Of a DNA stretch of 64,000 bases, positions 9,551 to 19,135 are shown one piece after another. Position numbers and translations under genes: made by a program. Each line of letters opens with the position of its first letter. The first letter of the stretch is position 1. The notes under the pieces are model-generated. The model searched no databases and was not told the origin of the DNA. It was given only the letters and a program-made list of their open reading frames with translations. The DNA comes from Fibrobacterales bacterium (lineage in GTDB: Bacteria; Fibrobacterota; Fibrobacteria; Fibrobacterales; JAOPTW01): positions 32,001-96,000 of the forward strand of contig JAOPTW010000015.1 in assembly GCA_051532035.1 (NCBI GenBank), given 5' to 3'.

Positions 9551-10090
9551 TTAAACTTTAAGAATGTCTTCTTCTTTAGCGGAACAGAGAACATCTACCC
9601 GCTTAATGAAGCCATCAGTTATTGATTGAATCTCATCAAGAGCACCTTTAAGGTCATCTTCTGACATCCCTTCAGCTTTATACTCTTTTTTAGTTTTATC
9701 ATTTTCATCACGTCGAATATTTCTAACTGCAATGCGAGCATCTTCAGCAAGTTTTCTTACTTTCTTAGCAAATTCTTGACGACGTTCAGTTGTTAGAGGA
9801 GGTATTGAAATACGAATAACCGTTCCGTCATTTACAGGAGTGAGACCCATATTAGCCATATGAATGGCCTTTTCAACGACATCAAGCATTCCTTTTTCCC
9901 AAGGGGTAATCTGTAGAAGCCTCGGTTCCGGAACTGATATACTCGAAACATGTGAGATAGGAGTTGGTGCTCCAAAATAATCAACAGTTACCTCATCGAG
10001 AAGTGATGGTGTCGCAATGCCTGTTCTGATTTTAGCCCACTCACGTGACACCGCGTCAATAGCCTTCTCCATTCTTTCTTCAATACTCAT
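9551..10090 (-). CDS. frr: Ribosome recycling factor
   Basis: IRTG, PPLTTERR, AVRNIRRD; synteny with pyrH. Confidence 0.97.
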   Translation of the reverse strand: MSIEERMEKAIDAVSREWAKIRTGIATPSLLDEVTVDYFGAPTPISHVSSISVPEPRLLQITPWEKGMLDVVEKAIHMANMGLTPVNDGTVIRISIPPLTTERRQEFAKKVRKLAEDARIAVRNIRRDENDKTKKEYKAEGMSEDDLKGALDEIQSITDGFIKRVDVLCSAKEEDILKV

Positions 10091-10101
10091 AACATTATCC
10101 T

Positions 10102-10824
10102 TTAATCATGTACAATTGTACCGAGCTTTTCACCCAAAAGTAATTTTTCAAGGTTACCATCGCCCATCTTTAGAACGAGTATTGGCATACTATTTTCACG
10201 ACACAGTGCAACTGCCGAAGTATCCATTACCGCAAGTTGCTGGTTAATTACTTCAGTATAATTGAGTACATCATACTTCTTCGCATCTGGATTTTTTGCA
10301 GGATCATCGTTATATATACCATCAACTTTAGTTGCTTTTATTATAACATCTGCATGAATTTCAATTGCACGAAGAGTTGCAGCACTATCAGTAGTAAAAT
10401 AAGGGTTACCTGTTCCACCAGCGAAAAGTACAATACGACCTTTTTCTATATGGCGGACAGCACGTCGACGAATAAACGGCTCGGCAACTGATTTAACTTC
10501 AACAGCAGACATAATTCTAGTTTCTGCACCCTCTTTTTCAAGAGCATCTTGCATTGCAATACAGTTTATTACTGTAGCAAGCATTCCCATATGATCACCT
10601 GCAGTACGTTCTATACCCTGCTCACTTGCAGCCATGCCCCGTACAATGTTGCCACCACCAATAACTATAGCGACGTCAACTCCCATCTCTTTTACGCGGA
10701 TAATCTCTTTTGATATTTCAAAAACGACTTTGGGGTCAACCCCAAAGCCTTTTTCTCCCGCAAGAGCTTCACCACTTAATTTTAACAGAATTCTGTTATA
10801 TTTAAGGGCTTTTTTTTCTGACAT
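10102..10824 (-). CDS. pyrH: UMP kinase
   Basis: LLKLSGEAL, GGGN, GDHMGMLAT, FTTDSAA. Start moved to the ATG at 10824 (MSEKK). Confidence 0.97.
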   Translation of the reverse strand: MSEKKALKYNRILLKLSGEALAGEKGFGVDPKVVFEISKEIIRVKEMGVDVAIVIGGGNIVRGMAASEQGIERTAGDHMGMLATVINCIAMQDALEKEGAETRIMSAVEVKSVAEPFIRRRAVRHIEKGRIVLFAGGTGNPYFTTDSAATLRAIEIHADVIIKATKVDGIYNDDPAKNPDAKKYDVLNYTEVINQQLAVMDTSAVALCRENSMPILVLKMGDGNLEKLLLGEKLGTIVHD

Positions 10825-10825
10825 A

Positions 10826-11689
10826 TTATTTTCCCAGTTCAAATCTTGTAAATGATTCAATTACAAGATTAGTAACACCTTGCTCTTTTTCAAGGTTTTG
10901 GAGCAATTTAGTAACAGGGAGTTTTGAATCTTTCACAAACATTTGCTCTGAAAGACATACTTCTTTGAGGAATTTTTTAAGTTTCCCTTCAATCTGACGA
11001 TCAAGGAATTCTTCTTTTGTTCCAGATTGGAGTGCGAGTTCTTTATAGATATCACGCTCTTTATCGATAACATCTTTGCTTACATCATCAGAATTAACTG
11101 AAATTGGATTTGTTGCCGCAACCTGCATAGCAAGATCTTTAGCAACTGCAACAAGAGCAGCCTTATCAGATGCTGCACCTTCAAACTTAAGGCTTACGAT
11201 AACGCCAATTTTACCACCCATGTGTGAGTAGGTTGCAACAGCATTATTTTCTGTAATAGCAGTTACATTATAACGCTTAATATCAATTTTTTCACCGAGT
11301 TTACCAGTAAGGCTCGAAAGAGTAACTTCAACTGAATCACCACTGATTTCAGCAGCCATAAGTGCAGCAAGATCAGCGTAGTCATTTTCTAAAAGAAGAT
11401 TAGAAATTACTTTACCAGTCCCTTGAAAATCTTCACCATTAGCTACAAAGTCAGTTTCACAGTTGATTTCAACTGCTACTGCTTTTGTATCATTAGTAGA
11501 AACAAATACACACCCTTCATTTGCATCTTTGTCTGCGCGTTTTGCTGCAACTGCTTGACCTTGCTTACGAAGGTTTTCAATTGCTTTTTCGATATCACCA
11601 TCAGCTTCTGTCAGTGCTTTTTTACACTGCATCATGCCAACACCAGTTTTCTCTCTTAACTCTTTTACTTGTGCTGCAGTAATTGCCAT
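10826..11689 (-). CDS. tsf: Elongation factor Ts
   Basis: VKELREKTGVGMMQCKKAL, EINCETDFVA. Confidence 0.98.
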   Translation of the reverse strand: MAITAAQVKELREKTGVGMMQCKKALTEADGDIEKAIENLRKQGQAVAAKRADKDANEGCVFVSTNDTKAVAVEINCETDFVANGEDFQGTGKVISNLLLENDYADLAALMAAEISGDSVEVTLSSLTGKLGEKIDIKRYNVTAITENNAVATYSHMGGKIGVIVSLKFEGAASDKAALVAVAKDLAMQVAATNPISVNSDDVSKDVIDKERDIYKELALQSGTKEEFLDRQIEGKLKKFLKEVCLSEQMFVKDSKLPVTKLLQNLEKEQGVTNLVIESFTRFELGK

Positions 11690-12444
11690 TATACTTCCTC
11701 TGCTTTTTCTTTAGATGCTTCAACTGTTTCAGTAGTCGCACCTTCTTGCGGAGCAGCGTCTTCGTTAGCAGGAGCTTCATTAATTTGGCTTGTAAGATAC
11801 TCAAGGATGAGGCTTACAGATTTAACTGCATCATCATTACCAGGTATTGGGAAATCGACTACATCAGGATTTGAGTTAGAGTCACATACTGCAATAATTG
11901 GTACATTCAATTTTTTCGATTCTGCAACTGCGATGTGTGAGTGATTAATATCGACGATAAAAACAAGACCTGGAGCCTCTTTCATTTCACGGATACCACC
12001 GAATACATCAAGAAGTTTCTCACGTTTACGATTAAGATCAAGTACTTCTTTCTTTTGAAGTTCTTTAAATAGACCGTCACGTTCCATTTTTTCAATTTTT
12101 TCTAGTTGTTTAATAGATTTACGTACAGTGTTATAGTTAGTGAGCATTCCACCTAACCAACGTTTTGTTACATAAAACTGGCCATATTTTTCAGCAGTTT
12201 TTTGAAGTACTGTACGAGTAGTAATTTTTGTACCAACAAAAAGAACTTTCTTGCCAGATGCAATACACTCTTTTATTGCTTTAGCAGCTGGATCTAATGA
12301 ATCAAGAGTTTTTCTGAGGTTAATTACGTGAATACCATTTCTTTCAGTAAGAATGTATGGTTTCATTTTAGGATTCCAGCGTGAAGTCTGGTGTCCGAAG
12401 TGTACCCCTGCTTCGAGGAGTTGTTCTACTGTAGGCTTATTCAT
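11689..12444 (-). CDS. rpsB: 30S ribosomal protein S2
   Basis: GVHFGHQTSRWNPKM, RWLGGMLTN, PIPGNDD. Confidence 0.98.
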   Translation of the reverse strand: MNKPTVEQLLEAGVHFGHQTSRWNPKMKPYILTERNGIHVINLRKTLDSLDPAAKAIKECIASGKKVLFVGTKITTRTVLQKTAEKYGQFYVTKRWLGGMLTNYNTVRKSIKQLEKIEKMERDGLFKELQKKEVLDLNRKREKLLDVFGGIREMKEAPGLVFIVDINHSHIAVAESKKLNVPIIAVCDSNSNPDVVDFPIPGNDDAVKSVSLILEYLTSQINEAPANEDAAPQEGATTETVEASKEKAEEV

Positions 12445-12484
12445 ATTTTATTCCTTGGTTTATTCGTTCTGCTTGAGGAATTGA

Positions 12485-12516
12485 GTTCTGTACTCTTCCG
12501 AAGAAGAGTACAGAAC
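12485..12516 (-). promoter_or_regulatory. Perfect 14-bp hairpin with a C(UUCG)G tetraloop in the rpsI-rpsB spacer (candidate S2 leader)
   Basis: Minus strand gttctgtactcttc-ttcg-gaagagtacagaac; no U-tract follows. Confidence 0.65.
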
Positions 12517-12563
12517 CAACCAAAGTACTCAAACAGTGATTGATTGATTGTATTATTATTATA

Positions 12564-12959
12564 TTAACGTTTAGAGAACTGGAAGCGTTTACGAGCTTTC
12601 TTACGACCGTATTTCTTACGTTCAACTTCTCTTGCATCACGAGTAAGAAGACCTTTAGCGCGAAGTGCAGACCTGTCTTCTTCATTTATTTTAACGAGGG
12701 CACGTGCAATACCAAGTTTAGTAGCACCAACTTGACCGTTGATTCCGCCACCTTTAGCATTAACACTTACATCCCATTTATCACCGTTTTCAAGTGCAGC
12801 AAATGGGAGTTCTACTACCATCATTTGTGTTTCTGAAGTAAAGTAGTCAGAAAACTCTCTACCGTTTACAATTCTCTTACCAGTTCCTGGTCTAAGAATA
12901 ACAGATGCCACAGATTCTTTTCTACGGCCGGTTGCTCTAATTAATTTTTTTGAAGCCAT
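12564..12959 (-). CDS. rpsI: 30S ribosomal protein S9
   Basis: TGRRKESVA, GGGINGQ, ERKKYGRKKARKRFQFSKR. Confidence 0.99.
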   Translation of the reverse strand: MASKKLIRATGRRKESVASVILRPGTGKRIVNGREFSDYFTSETQMMVVELPFAALENGDKWDVSVNAKGGGINGQVGATKLGIARALVKINEEDRSALRAKGLLTRDAREVERKKYGRKKARKRFQFSKR

Positions 12960-12972
12960 TATTAATCTTCCC

Positions 12973-13401
12973 TTATACCGTTACTTGTTCAGGTTTCTGT
13001 GCTGTATGTGGATGTTCGTTAGCCGCATATACATGCAACTTTTTAAACATTTTTCTACCAAGTTTGGTTTTAGGAAGCATTCCTTTAACCGCGTGAATAA
13101 CCGGAGATATACCATCTTTTTCCATGGCTTGGCGATAGGTAACAATTTTGCTACCACCAGCATATGTTGAGTGAGAAAAGTAGGTTTTTGTCTCTGCTTT
13201 TTTACCAGTAAGAGTCACTTTAGATGCGTTGATAATAATTACATTATCGCCACAGTCTACTGATGGTGAATATTCTGGCTTATTCTTTCCTCTAAGGATG
13301 TTAGCCACGTTTGATGCTAAACGTCCAAGCACGAGATTTTCAGCGTCTATTACTAGCCACTTTCTATCAACTGTTGAATCGTTGATGATTTGAGTTTTCA
13401 T
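12973..13401 (-). CDS. rplM: 50S ribosomal protein L13
   Basis: WLVIDA, LGRLAS, GDNVIIINA, GMLPK, HPHTAQKP. Confidence 0.99.
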   Translation of the reverse strand: MKTQIINDSTVDRKWLVIDAENLVLGRLASNVANILRGKNKPEYSPSVDCGDNVIIINASKVTLTGKKAETKTYFSHSTYAGGSKIVTYRQAMEKDGISPVIHAVKGMLPKTKLGRKMFKKLHVYAANEHPHTAQKPEQVTV

Positions 13402-13710
13402 CTATTTACCTTTTGGTTGTGAGGGGATACTTCTATCCCTATGAAAATAGTGGGGCTTAAGATAGAAAAAAGAGCAAGTATTTCATTATATGTCCATCAA
13501 AATTATTATTTAGTCTCAAAAAAGGTCCGTAATAGCCATTTCCACAACCATCCCGCCCTGTAACGAAATTTAAAAAAATGAAAATTGGATAAAATCACAC
13601 ATTACTCAGGAAAACAACTGTTATCACAACAACAAAAACACAAAAAGACCAAAGTGTTTAAATAACAATTTGCATTTCACCTTAAACAACGGTATATTAT
13701 TAATATATTG

Positions 13711-13725
13711 GTGTCTAATAGACAC
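13711..13725. promoter_or_regulatory. Perfect 7-1-7 palindrome, candidate operator
   Basis: GTGTCTA-A-TAGACAC, about 35 nt upstream of the ATG at 13761 and just after AT-rich TATATT boxes. Confidence 0.4.
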
Positions 13726-13760
13726 AATGTTGTTTGGGTTTTAAAATAATTGAGGGTAAG

Positions 13761-16178
13761 ATGTATAGCAATCATAGGAAATGCCTCCTTGCGTTAATTG
13801 TATTTAGTGTATCTCTATTATCAATAGGGTGTAGTGAGCCCATCGCTCCCTTAGAATTTGACGCCACTGCTACAGGAGAGAGTACACCGACTCTTGACGC
13901 TATTGAAATATTAAGAGATTCAATTATTCTACTTGAAAACCAAAAGCAGGACAATATAACTGGTACAGACATAGCTCTCTTGGAAGGGAAAATACAATCC
14001 ACAAAGGAAGAGTACTCTCGTCAATCAGAAGCACTTAAAAAGAACCTCGAAGATGAGCTTGAAAAGAAAACTACTGAGGTTGCAACACTAAAAGCCAGTG
14101 GCGCTACTGAAGAAGAAATATCTACAGCCCAAAAAGCCTTGGATAAGGCCTCCGCCCTCCTCGCAGAGACAACAACAACCCTCAACACTATGAACCTTGA
14201 AATTGCTAGTGGTTCTACTACTCCCCAAATAGTACAGACGGTCACCATTGATTCTCTAATACTCTATGTAGATTCTATTCTCTCTTATCAAGCGCTATTA
14301 CAAGCGCAAAATTCTGAATCATTTATAACTGCATATCAAAAAAGGGTTGATGGGCTCATCAAGCAACTTCAATTACTGAGTGACGCCTATATCGATCAAT
14401 ATATTGAAGCAGTAAGTGAGGCGCAAAATTCTATAGCAGGATTAACCGCAATAAGTGCTCCTGCATCGGACATTAACAACGCGCGGTCATCTCTTGAATT
14501 ACTTGAATCGAAATTAGCCGAGGCAGAAAAAGAGGTTGAAGGCTTATGGGAGAGCATCGGGTTAACCTATTTTAAAACAACAGCAAGTACAACCTACCCC
14601 CCAACCTCATCAAGTACAGACATTGCAATTGGTTCTTCTTCTAACTCTGCAGAGAGCTCATCAACAAAAATAGCTATTGAATCTTCGGCTGAAATGATAA
14701 GTTCATCTTCCGAGGTCACTGATACTCCTCTTGTTATCCCTACAATAGACCAAGGGGACACCTACTCCGATTCGATTCCAGAAGACACCAACCTCTCTAT
14801 TGCACTATCTACACAGGCAATGGCAAATACCACTCTAGAATGGGCTGTAATCAACACCCCCGGCAACCTTACTACAATAATTAGCAGTGATGATGAAGGA
14901 GCCATGCTAGCACTTACTCCTTCTCAAAACTTTAATGGTCCCCTCCAGTTTAGTGTCGTCGTTTCAAGTCTATCAGCAAGTGATACTATTTTAATCACTC
15001 TTGAGGTAACTCCTGTTAATGATGCGCCAACCATAACTGAAAAATCAACTATCTTAGGCACACCAGAAGTAGGTGAAACACTCACGATATCATCTACCTG
15101 TATTGATGTTGAATCAACGATCGCCTCGCTGACTCCCACAATTGAATGGTTTAAATCAACCGAAGGGTACACAAATGCAACTTCAATTGGTACTAATGCT
15201 AGTGTTGAACTTACAGACCTGAATGAAGGCAATTTTATCTATGCGATATTCTCTTGTTCAGACGAAGAGCTTACCGTCAGCGACACTACAGATCTTACAG
15301 TGAAAGTACCTATAACTACAATACAATACACTGTGACCATCCCTACCTCAACGGGAGGAACTGTTGATACCACAGGAGCTATCACTCTTACATCAAACAC
15401 TCCACTATCTGTTGTTGCCACTGCGAGTGCGGGCTATACTTTTGATACATGGACTGTAACATCTGGAGCAGCAACTATTGCAAATCCAACATCTGTAGCT
15501 ACAACCATAACACTTGCGACGGAAGATGCGACAGTCACTGCCACATTTATAGAAAATGTGGCGCCGGCGGCTCCTTTGGGCATTACAAGCAGTGGAAACG
15601 AAGACGGGGAAATAACAATCTCTTGGGCGGTGTCTCCTGAAAGTGATATAGCTGGCTATAAGCTCTACAATAATGGTACTGAAGTTTATGACGGTGCTAC
15701 ACCAACAACTGTTATATCCTCTCTGAGCAAAAATAAGTTTCAAGTAACTGCCTACGATGATTCTGGAAACGAATCTGAATTGAGTAAGAGTCTGTATCAC
15801 TTTGAAGCCGAGAACTATGAATCATCTCATCAAGTGTATACGACCAATAAAGGCTCATATACGTACGTTGCTGATAGCGACCATGTTGGTGGCAGTAAGG
15901 ATTCAGTGGAATGGGCCAATGAAACACTTGAAAGCGGAAGTTATACCTTTAAATACCGAGAATCGACTTGGGCCACAGGTACAACCCAGGTACAACTCTT
16001 TGTGGGTGGAACATGGAGAACTGATCATGACAACACTTCTAATTCAGGATTTGAAATATGGACAGTACTTGAAGGTAACAATTCATTTACCACCAATGGT
16101 GGATCCAAGGACATACACCTCGTTCTATGGGGCGAAAACCACGGTATCGACTGGTTTCAAATAATTCCAAATTATTAA
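13761..16178 (+). CDS. Multidomain surface lipoprotein: coiled-coil, Ser-rich linker, Ig/cadherin-like repeats, FN3-like domain, C-terminal CBM6/35-like domain
   Basis: GAGGG RBS before ATG 13761; lipobox LLSIGC; heptad-rich N-terminus; PSQNFNG...VTPVNDAP; ATASAGYTFDTW; SPESDIAGYKLY...VTAYDDSGNES; HFEAENY...GSYTFKYR...IDWFQI. Confidence 0.75.
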   Translation: MYSNHRKCLLALIVFSVSLLSIGCSEPIAPLEFDATATGESTPTLDAIEILRDSIILLENQKQDNITGTDIALLEGKIQSTKEEYSRQSEALKKNLEDELEKKTTEVATLKASGATEEEISTAQKALDKASALLAETTTTLNTMNLEIASGSTTPQIVQTVTIDSLILYVDSILSYQALLQAQNSESFITAYQKRVDGLIKQLQLLSDAYIDQYIEAVSEAQNSIAGLTAISAPASDINNARSSLELLESKLAEAEKEVEGLWESIGLTYFKTTASTTYPPTSSSTDIAIGSSSNSAESSSTKIAIESSAEMISSSSEVTDTPLVIPTIDQGDTYSDSIPEDTNLSIALSTQAMANTTLEWAVINTPGNLTTIISSDDEGAMLALTPSQNFNGPLQFSVVVSSLSASDTILITLEVTPVNDAPTITEKSTILGTPEVGETLTISSTCIDVESTIASLTPTIEWFKSTEGYTNATSIGTNASVELTDLNEGNFIYAIFSCSDEELTVSDTTDLTVKVPITTIQYTVTIPTSTGGTVDTTGAITLTSNTPLSVVATASAGYTFDTWTVTSGAATIANPTSVATTITLATEDATVTATFIENVAPAAPLGITSSGNEDGEITISWAVSPESDIAGYKLYNNGTEVYDGATPTTVISSLSKNKFQVTAYDDSGNESELSKSLYHFEAENYESSHQVYTTNKGSYTYVADSDHVGGSKDSVEWANETLESGSYTFKYRESTWATGTTQVQLFVGGTWRTDHDNTSNSGFEIWTVLEGNNSFTTNGGSKDIHLVLWGENHGIDWFQIIPNY

Positions 16179-16206
16179 CTATCCCCCTAAAAGGACGATG
16201 AGAACA

Positions 16207-16241
16207 AAAAACGCCGGGCTGATGATCAGACCTGGCGTTTT
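16207..16241. terminator. Probable bidirectional intrinsic terminator between the lipoprotein gene and alaS
   Basis: aaaacgccgggctga-tga-tcagacctggcgtttt between convergent genes. Confidence 0.7.
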
Positions 16242-16283
16242 AATTACTACCTATTTTATTGTATCAGAACAGCATCAGCTTAT

Positions 16284-18914
16284 TTACAGGGCAGCCAACA
16301 CGATTTCTTTCGCTTGAGCAAGAGCGGCATCAAGTTTCTCAGGAGTCTTAGTTCCTGCCTGTGCACGATCAGGACGACCACCGCCACGACCACCAGCAAT
16401 TTCTGCAATTTTTTTAACCAAATCACCCGCTTTAACTTTTTTAACGAGATCTTTTGAGACTACAACTGCAAGAGAACCACTTTCAGAATCTTTTTTAGAT
16501 GCCAGTACTGCAATACCATTTTTAAGTCTATCCGCTACCGCTTCGACTGTTGAAGCGACATCTGCACCATCTTCTAATTTTTTGATAAGCAGATTGATGC
16601 CATTCACCTCTTCTGCAGCGTCAACAAGGCCTGCACTTGCTTGTGCTGCCAATTGTTGTTTCAGCGCCTGAATCTCTTTTTCATGTGAACGATTTGAAGC
16701 CATGAGATCTGAAACACGTGCTACCACTGTTTCCGCCTTACATTTTATCATTGTTTTAAGTTCATCAACGATATGTGCATTTTGAGAAGCTGCTTTTGCT
16801 GCTTCACGACCGGTAACTGCCTCAATACGACGAACACCTGATGCAACACTTGTTTCGAATATAATTTTAAAAAGACCAATTTCTCCAGTATTACTCGTAT
16901 GAAAACCACCACAGAGCTCTTTTGAAAAATCACTTATGTTGATTACTCGAACATCGTCATCATATTTTTCGCCAAAAAGTGCCATAGCGCCATCAGCTTT
17001 CGCCTCATCAATATTCATGACATTACAAGTGACATTAATATTCTCTAGAATTTTTTTATTTACTAAGTCTTCAACTCTTTCAATCTCTTCCGTTGTCACA
17101 GCACTAAAATGCGAAAAGTCGAAACGAAGTGAATCCGGAGCAACTCGTGAACCCTGTTGCTCTACATGAGTTCCTAATACCTCACGAAGCGCAGCTTGAA
17201 GAAGATGCGTTGCTGTATGGTTTCTTTTTGTGTCAGAACGTTTTAGATGATCAGACTCTGCTGTGAATGTCTTTCCCATTGAAGACTTTGATAGATCTCC
17301 ATGAACAATTTTTGCACGATGCACCCAATTGTTATTTATTTTGGTGACATCAAAAATATGGAGGGCAATATCGTCATTATAGATGCGCCCCTCTTCACCT
17401 ACTTGCCCACCACTCTCTGCATAAAATGGAGAGTCGGTGAGCATAATGTAGATTTCCTCACCCACCTGTTGGTATTTAGTAACTTGTGTCTCAACTTTTT
17501 CACTCTGATAGCCGTGAAAGGTAAACTCTGATTCAGAGATCAATACCTCCCACCCTTCATCAGTATTGAGATTAACACCCTCTTTTTGGGCAGAGCGAGC
17601 ACGATCTTTTTGGGCGTTCATTGCCTTTTCAAAACCCGCTTCATCAACTTCAAGCCCCTTCTCTTCAGCGAGTACGCGCGAAAGGTCCATAGGAAACCCA
17701 TAGGTATCATACAGGGTAAATACTTTTTCACCAGGAATCATTTTTTGATCACCCAACTCAGCAACAATTTTTTCAAATCGTTCAAGACCAGTCCCAAGAG
17801 TTCTTATAAAACTCTCTTCTTCAGATTTTATTACCTGCATAATAAAATCTTGACGTTCAGAAATTTCTGGAAAGGCATCGGCCATAATAGAAACAAGTGA
17901 TGGCACCAAATTTGTCATAAAAGGTTTTTTTGCACCAAGATTACGAGCGTATTTACAAGCACGTCTTAAAATACGACGTATTACATACCCACGCCCCTCA
18001 TTTGAAGGCATTACACCATCAGCAATGGCAAATGATACCGCACGAAGGTGATCGGCAATTACCCGGTGTGGCATGCCACTCATATCGTCTACATAGGCTA
18101 CACCAGACTCTTTTGCGATTGCAGTGATAAGCGGCGTAAACACATCGGTGTCATAATTTGAGTGTACCCCTTGAAGAATTGCACACAAACGTTCAAACCC
18201 CATACCAGTATCGACATGGGTTGATTTCAATGGCTCAAGTGAACCATCAGAAAGGCGTTGACTTTGAATAAATACAAGATTCCATATTTCAATGAACCGA
18301 TCATTCTCACCATTTACTCCAAGAATTTCATCTCTACAAAACTCATCCTGAGTGGCGACATCACCTTTGTCGTAGTGAATCTCTGAACAAGGCCCACATG
18401 GTCCTGTCTCACCCATTTCCCAAAAATTATCTCTTTTGCCAAAGCGCATGACACGACTTGGATCTATATCAGTCTCTGAGGTCCATAGCTCAGCAGCTTC
18501 ATCATCTGTTTCAAATACCGTTACAAAAATTCGGTTTTTCTCAAGCTTGAGAACATCCGTAAGATACTCCCAAGCCCATTGGATAGCTTCTTTCTTATAA
18601 TAATCACCAAATGACCAGTTTCCCAACATCTCAAAAAGAGTGTGATGGTAGGTGTCTTTTCCTACTTCTTCAAGGTCATTGTGTTTACCCGAGACTCGAA
18701 TGCACTTTTGCGAATTAACTGCTCTTTTGAGTCCTTTGGGATTATCACCCAAAAATATAGACTTATACTGGTTCATTCCCGCATTGGTAAACATGAGTGT
18801 TGGATCATCTTGTGGTGCCACTGGAGCAGAACGAACAAATTCGTGCTCTTTTGACTTAAAAAAGTCTAAAAATGACTGTCTGATCTCTTGTGCGGTTTTT
18901 GGTAACTGAGCCAT
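16284..18914 (-). CDS. alaS: Alanine--tRNA ligase
   Basis: FTNAGM, FEMLGNWSFGDY, GPCGPCSEI, DTGMGFER, NHTATHLL, ELCGG, GGRGGGRPD. Confidence 0.99.
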   Translation of the reverse strand: MAQLPKTAQEIRQSFLDFFKSKEHEFVRSAPVAPQDDPTLMFTNAGMNQYKSIFLGDNPKGLKRAVNSQKCIRVSGKHNDLEEVGKDTYHHTLFEMLGNWSFGDYYKKEAIQWAWEYLTDVLKLEKNRIFVTVFETDDEAAELWTSETDIDPSRVMRFGKRDNFWEMGETGPCGPCSEIHYDKGDVATQDEFCRDEILGVNGENDRFIEIWNLVFIQSQRLSDGSLEPLKSTHVDTGMGFERLCAILQGVHSNYDTDVFTPLITAIAKESGVAYVDDMSGMPHRVIADHLRAVSFAIADGVMPSNEGRGYVIRRILRRACKYARNLGAKKPFMTNLVPSLVSIMADAFPEISERQDFIMQVIKSEEESFIRTLGTGLERFEKIVAELGDQKMIPGEKVFTLYDTYGFPMDLSRVLAEEKGLEVDEAGFEKAMNAQKDRARSAQKEGVNLNTDEGWEVLISESEFTFHGYQSEKVETQVTKYQQVGEEIYIMLTDSPFYAESGGQVGEEGRIYNDDIALHIFDVTKINNNWVHRAKIVHGDLSKSSMGKTFTAESDHLKRSDTKRNHTATHLLQAALREVLGTHVEQQGSRVAPDSLRFDFSHFSAVTTEEIERVEDLVNKKILENINVTCNVMNIDEAKADGAMALFGEKYDDDVRVINISDFSKELCGGFHTSNTGEIGLFKIIFETSVASGVRRIEAVTGREAAKAASQNAHIVDELKTMIKCKAETVVARVSDLMASNRSHEKEIQALKQQLAAQASAGLVDAAEEVNGINLLIKKLEDGADVASTVEAVADRLKNGIAVLASKKDSESGSLAVVVSKDLVKKVKAGDLVKKIAEIAGGRGGGRPDRAQAGTKTPEKLDAALAQAKEIVLAAL

Positions 18915-19135
18915 GATCTCTCTTTGGGTAAAATATTCAAATTTTGAGGGTAAAGATAGTTAAAGCGTGCGTTTACACAAGGTTATGAAATTTGATGTCC
19001 AAGGTATAAAGACTAATTTATTGATGGTTTCACCATCAATTCGATGATCAGCCATCAACCTTTGACCTCCATGAGTCTTTTCTTTAAAAACTGCCTTATT
19101 TTGCTACATTTCACCGCGATTAACAGTGGTGGTAC

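Noticed and set aside
12437..12685. Possible leader peptide spanning rpsI-rpsB
   Set aside because: Out-of-frame ORF starting inside rpsI with no RBS; the spacer is better explained by RNA structure.
13424..13439. L13 leader hairpin gggata-cttc-tatccc
   Set aside because: A 6-bp stem is too weak to call without comparative data.
18915..19135. T-box riboswitch upstream of alaS
   Set aside because: No T-box consensus (AAnnnGGGTGGnACCRCG) or terminator on the minus strand, and the candidate promoter box is only about 37 nt from the start.
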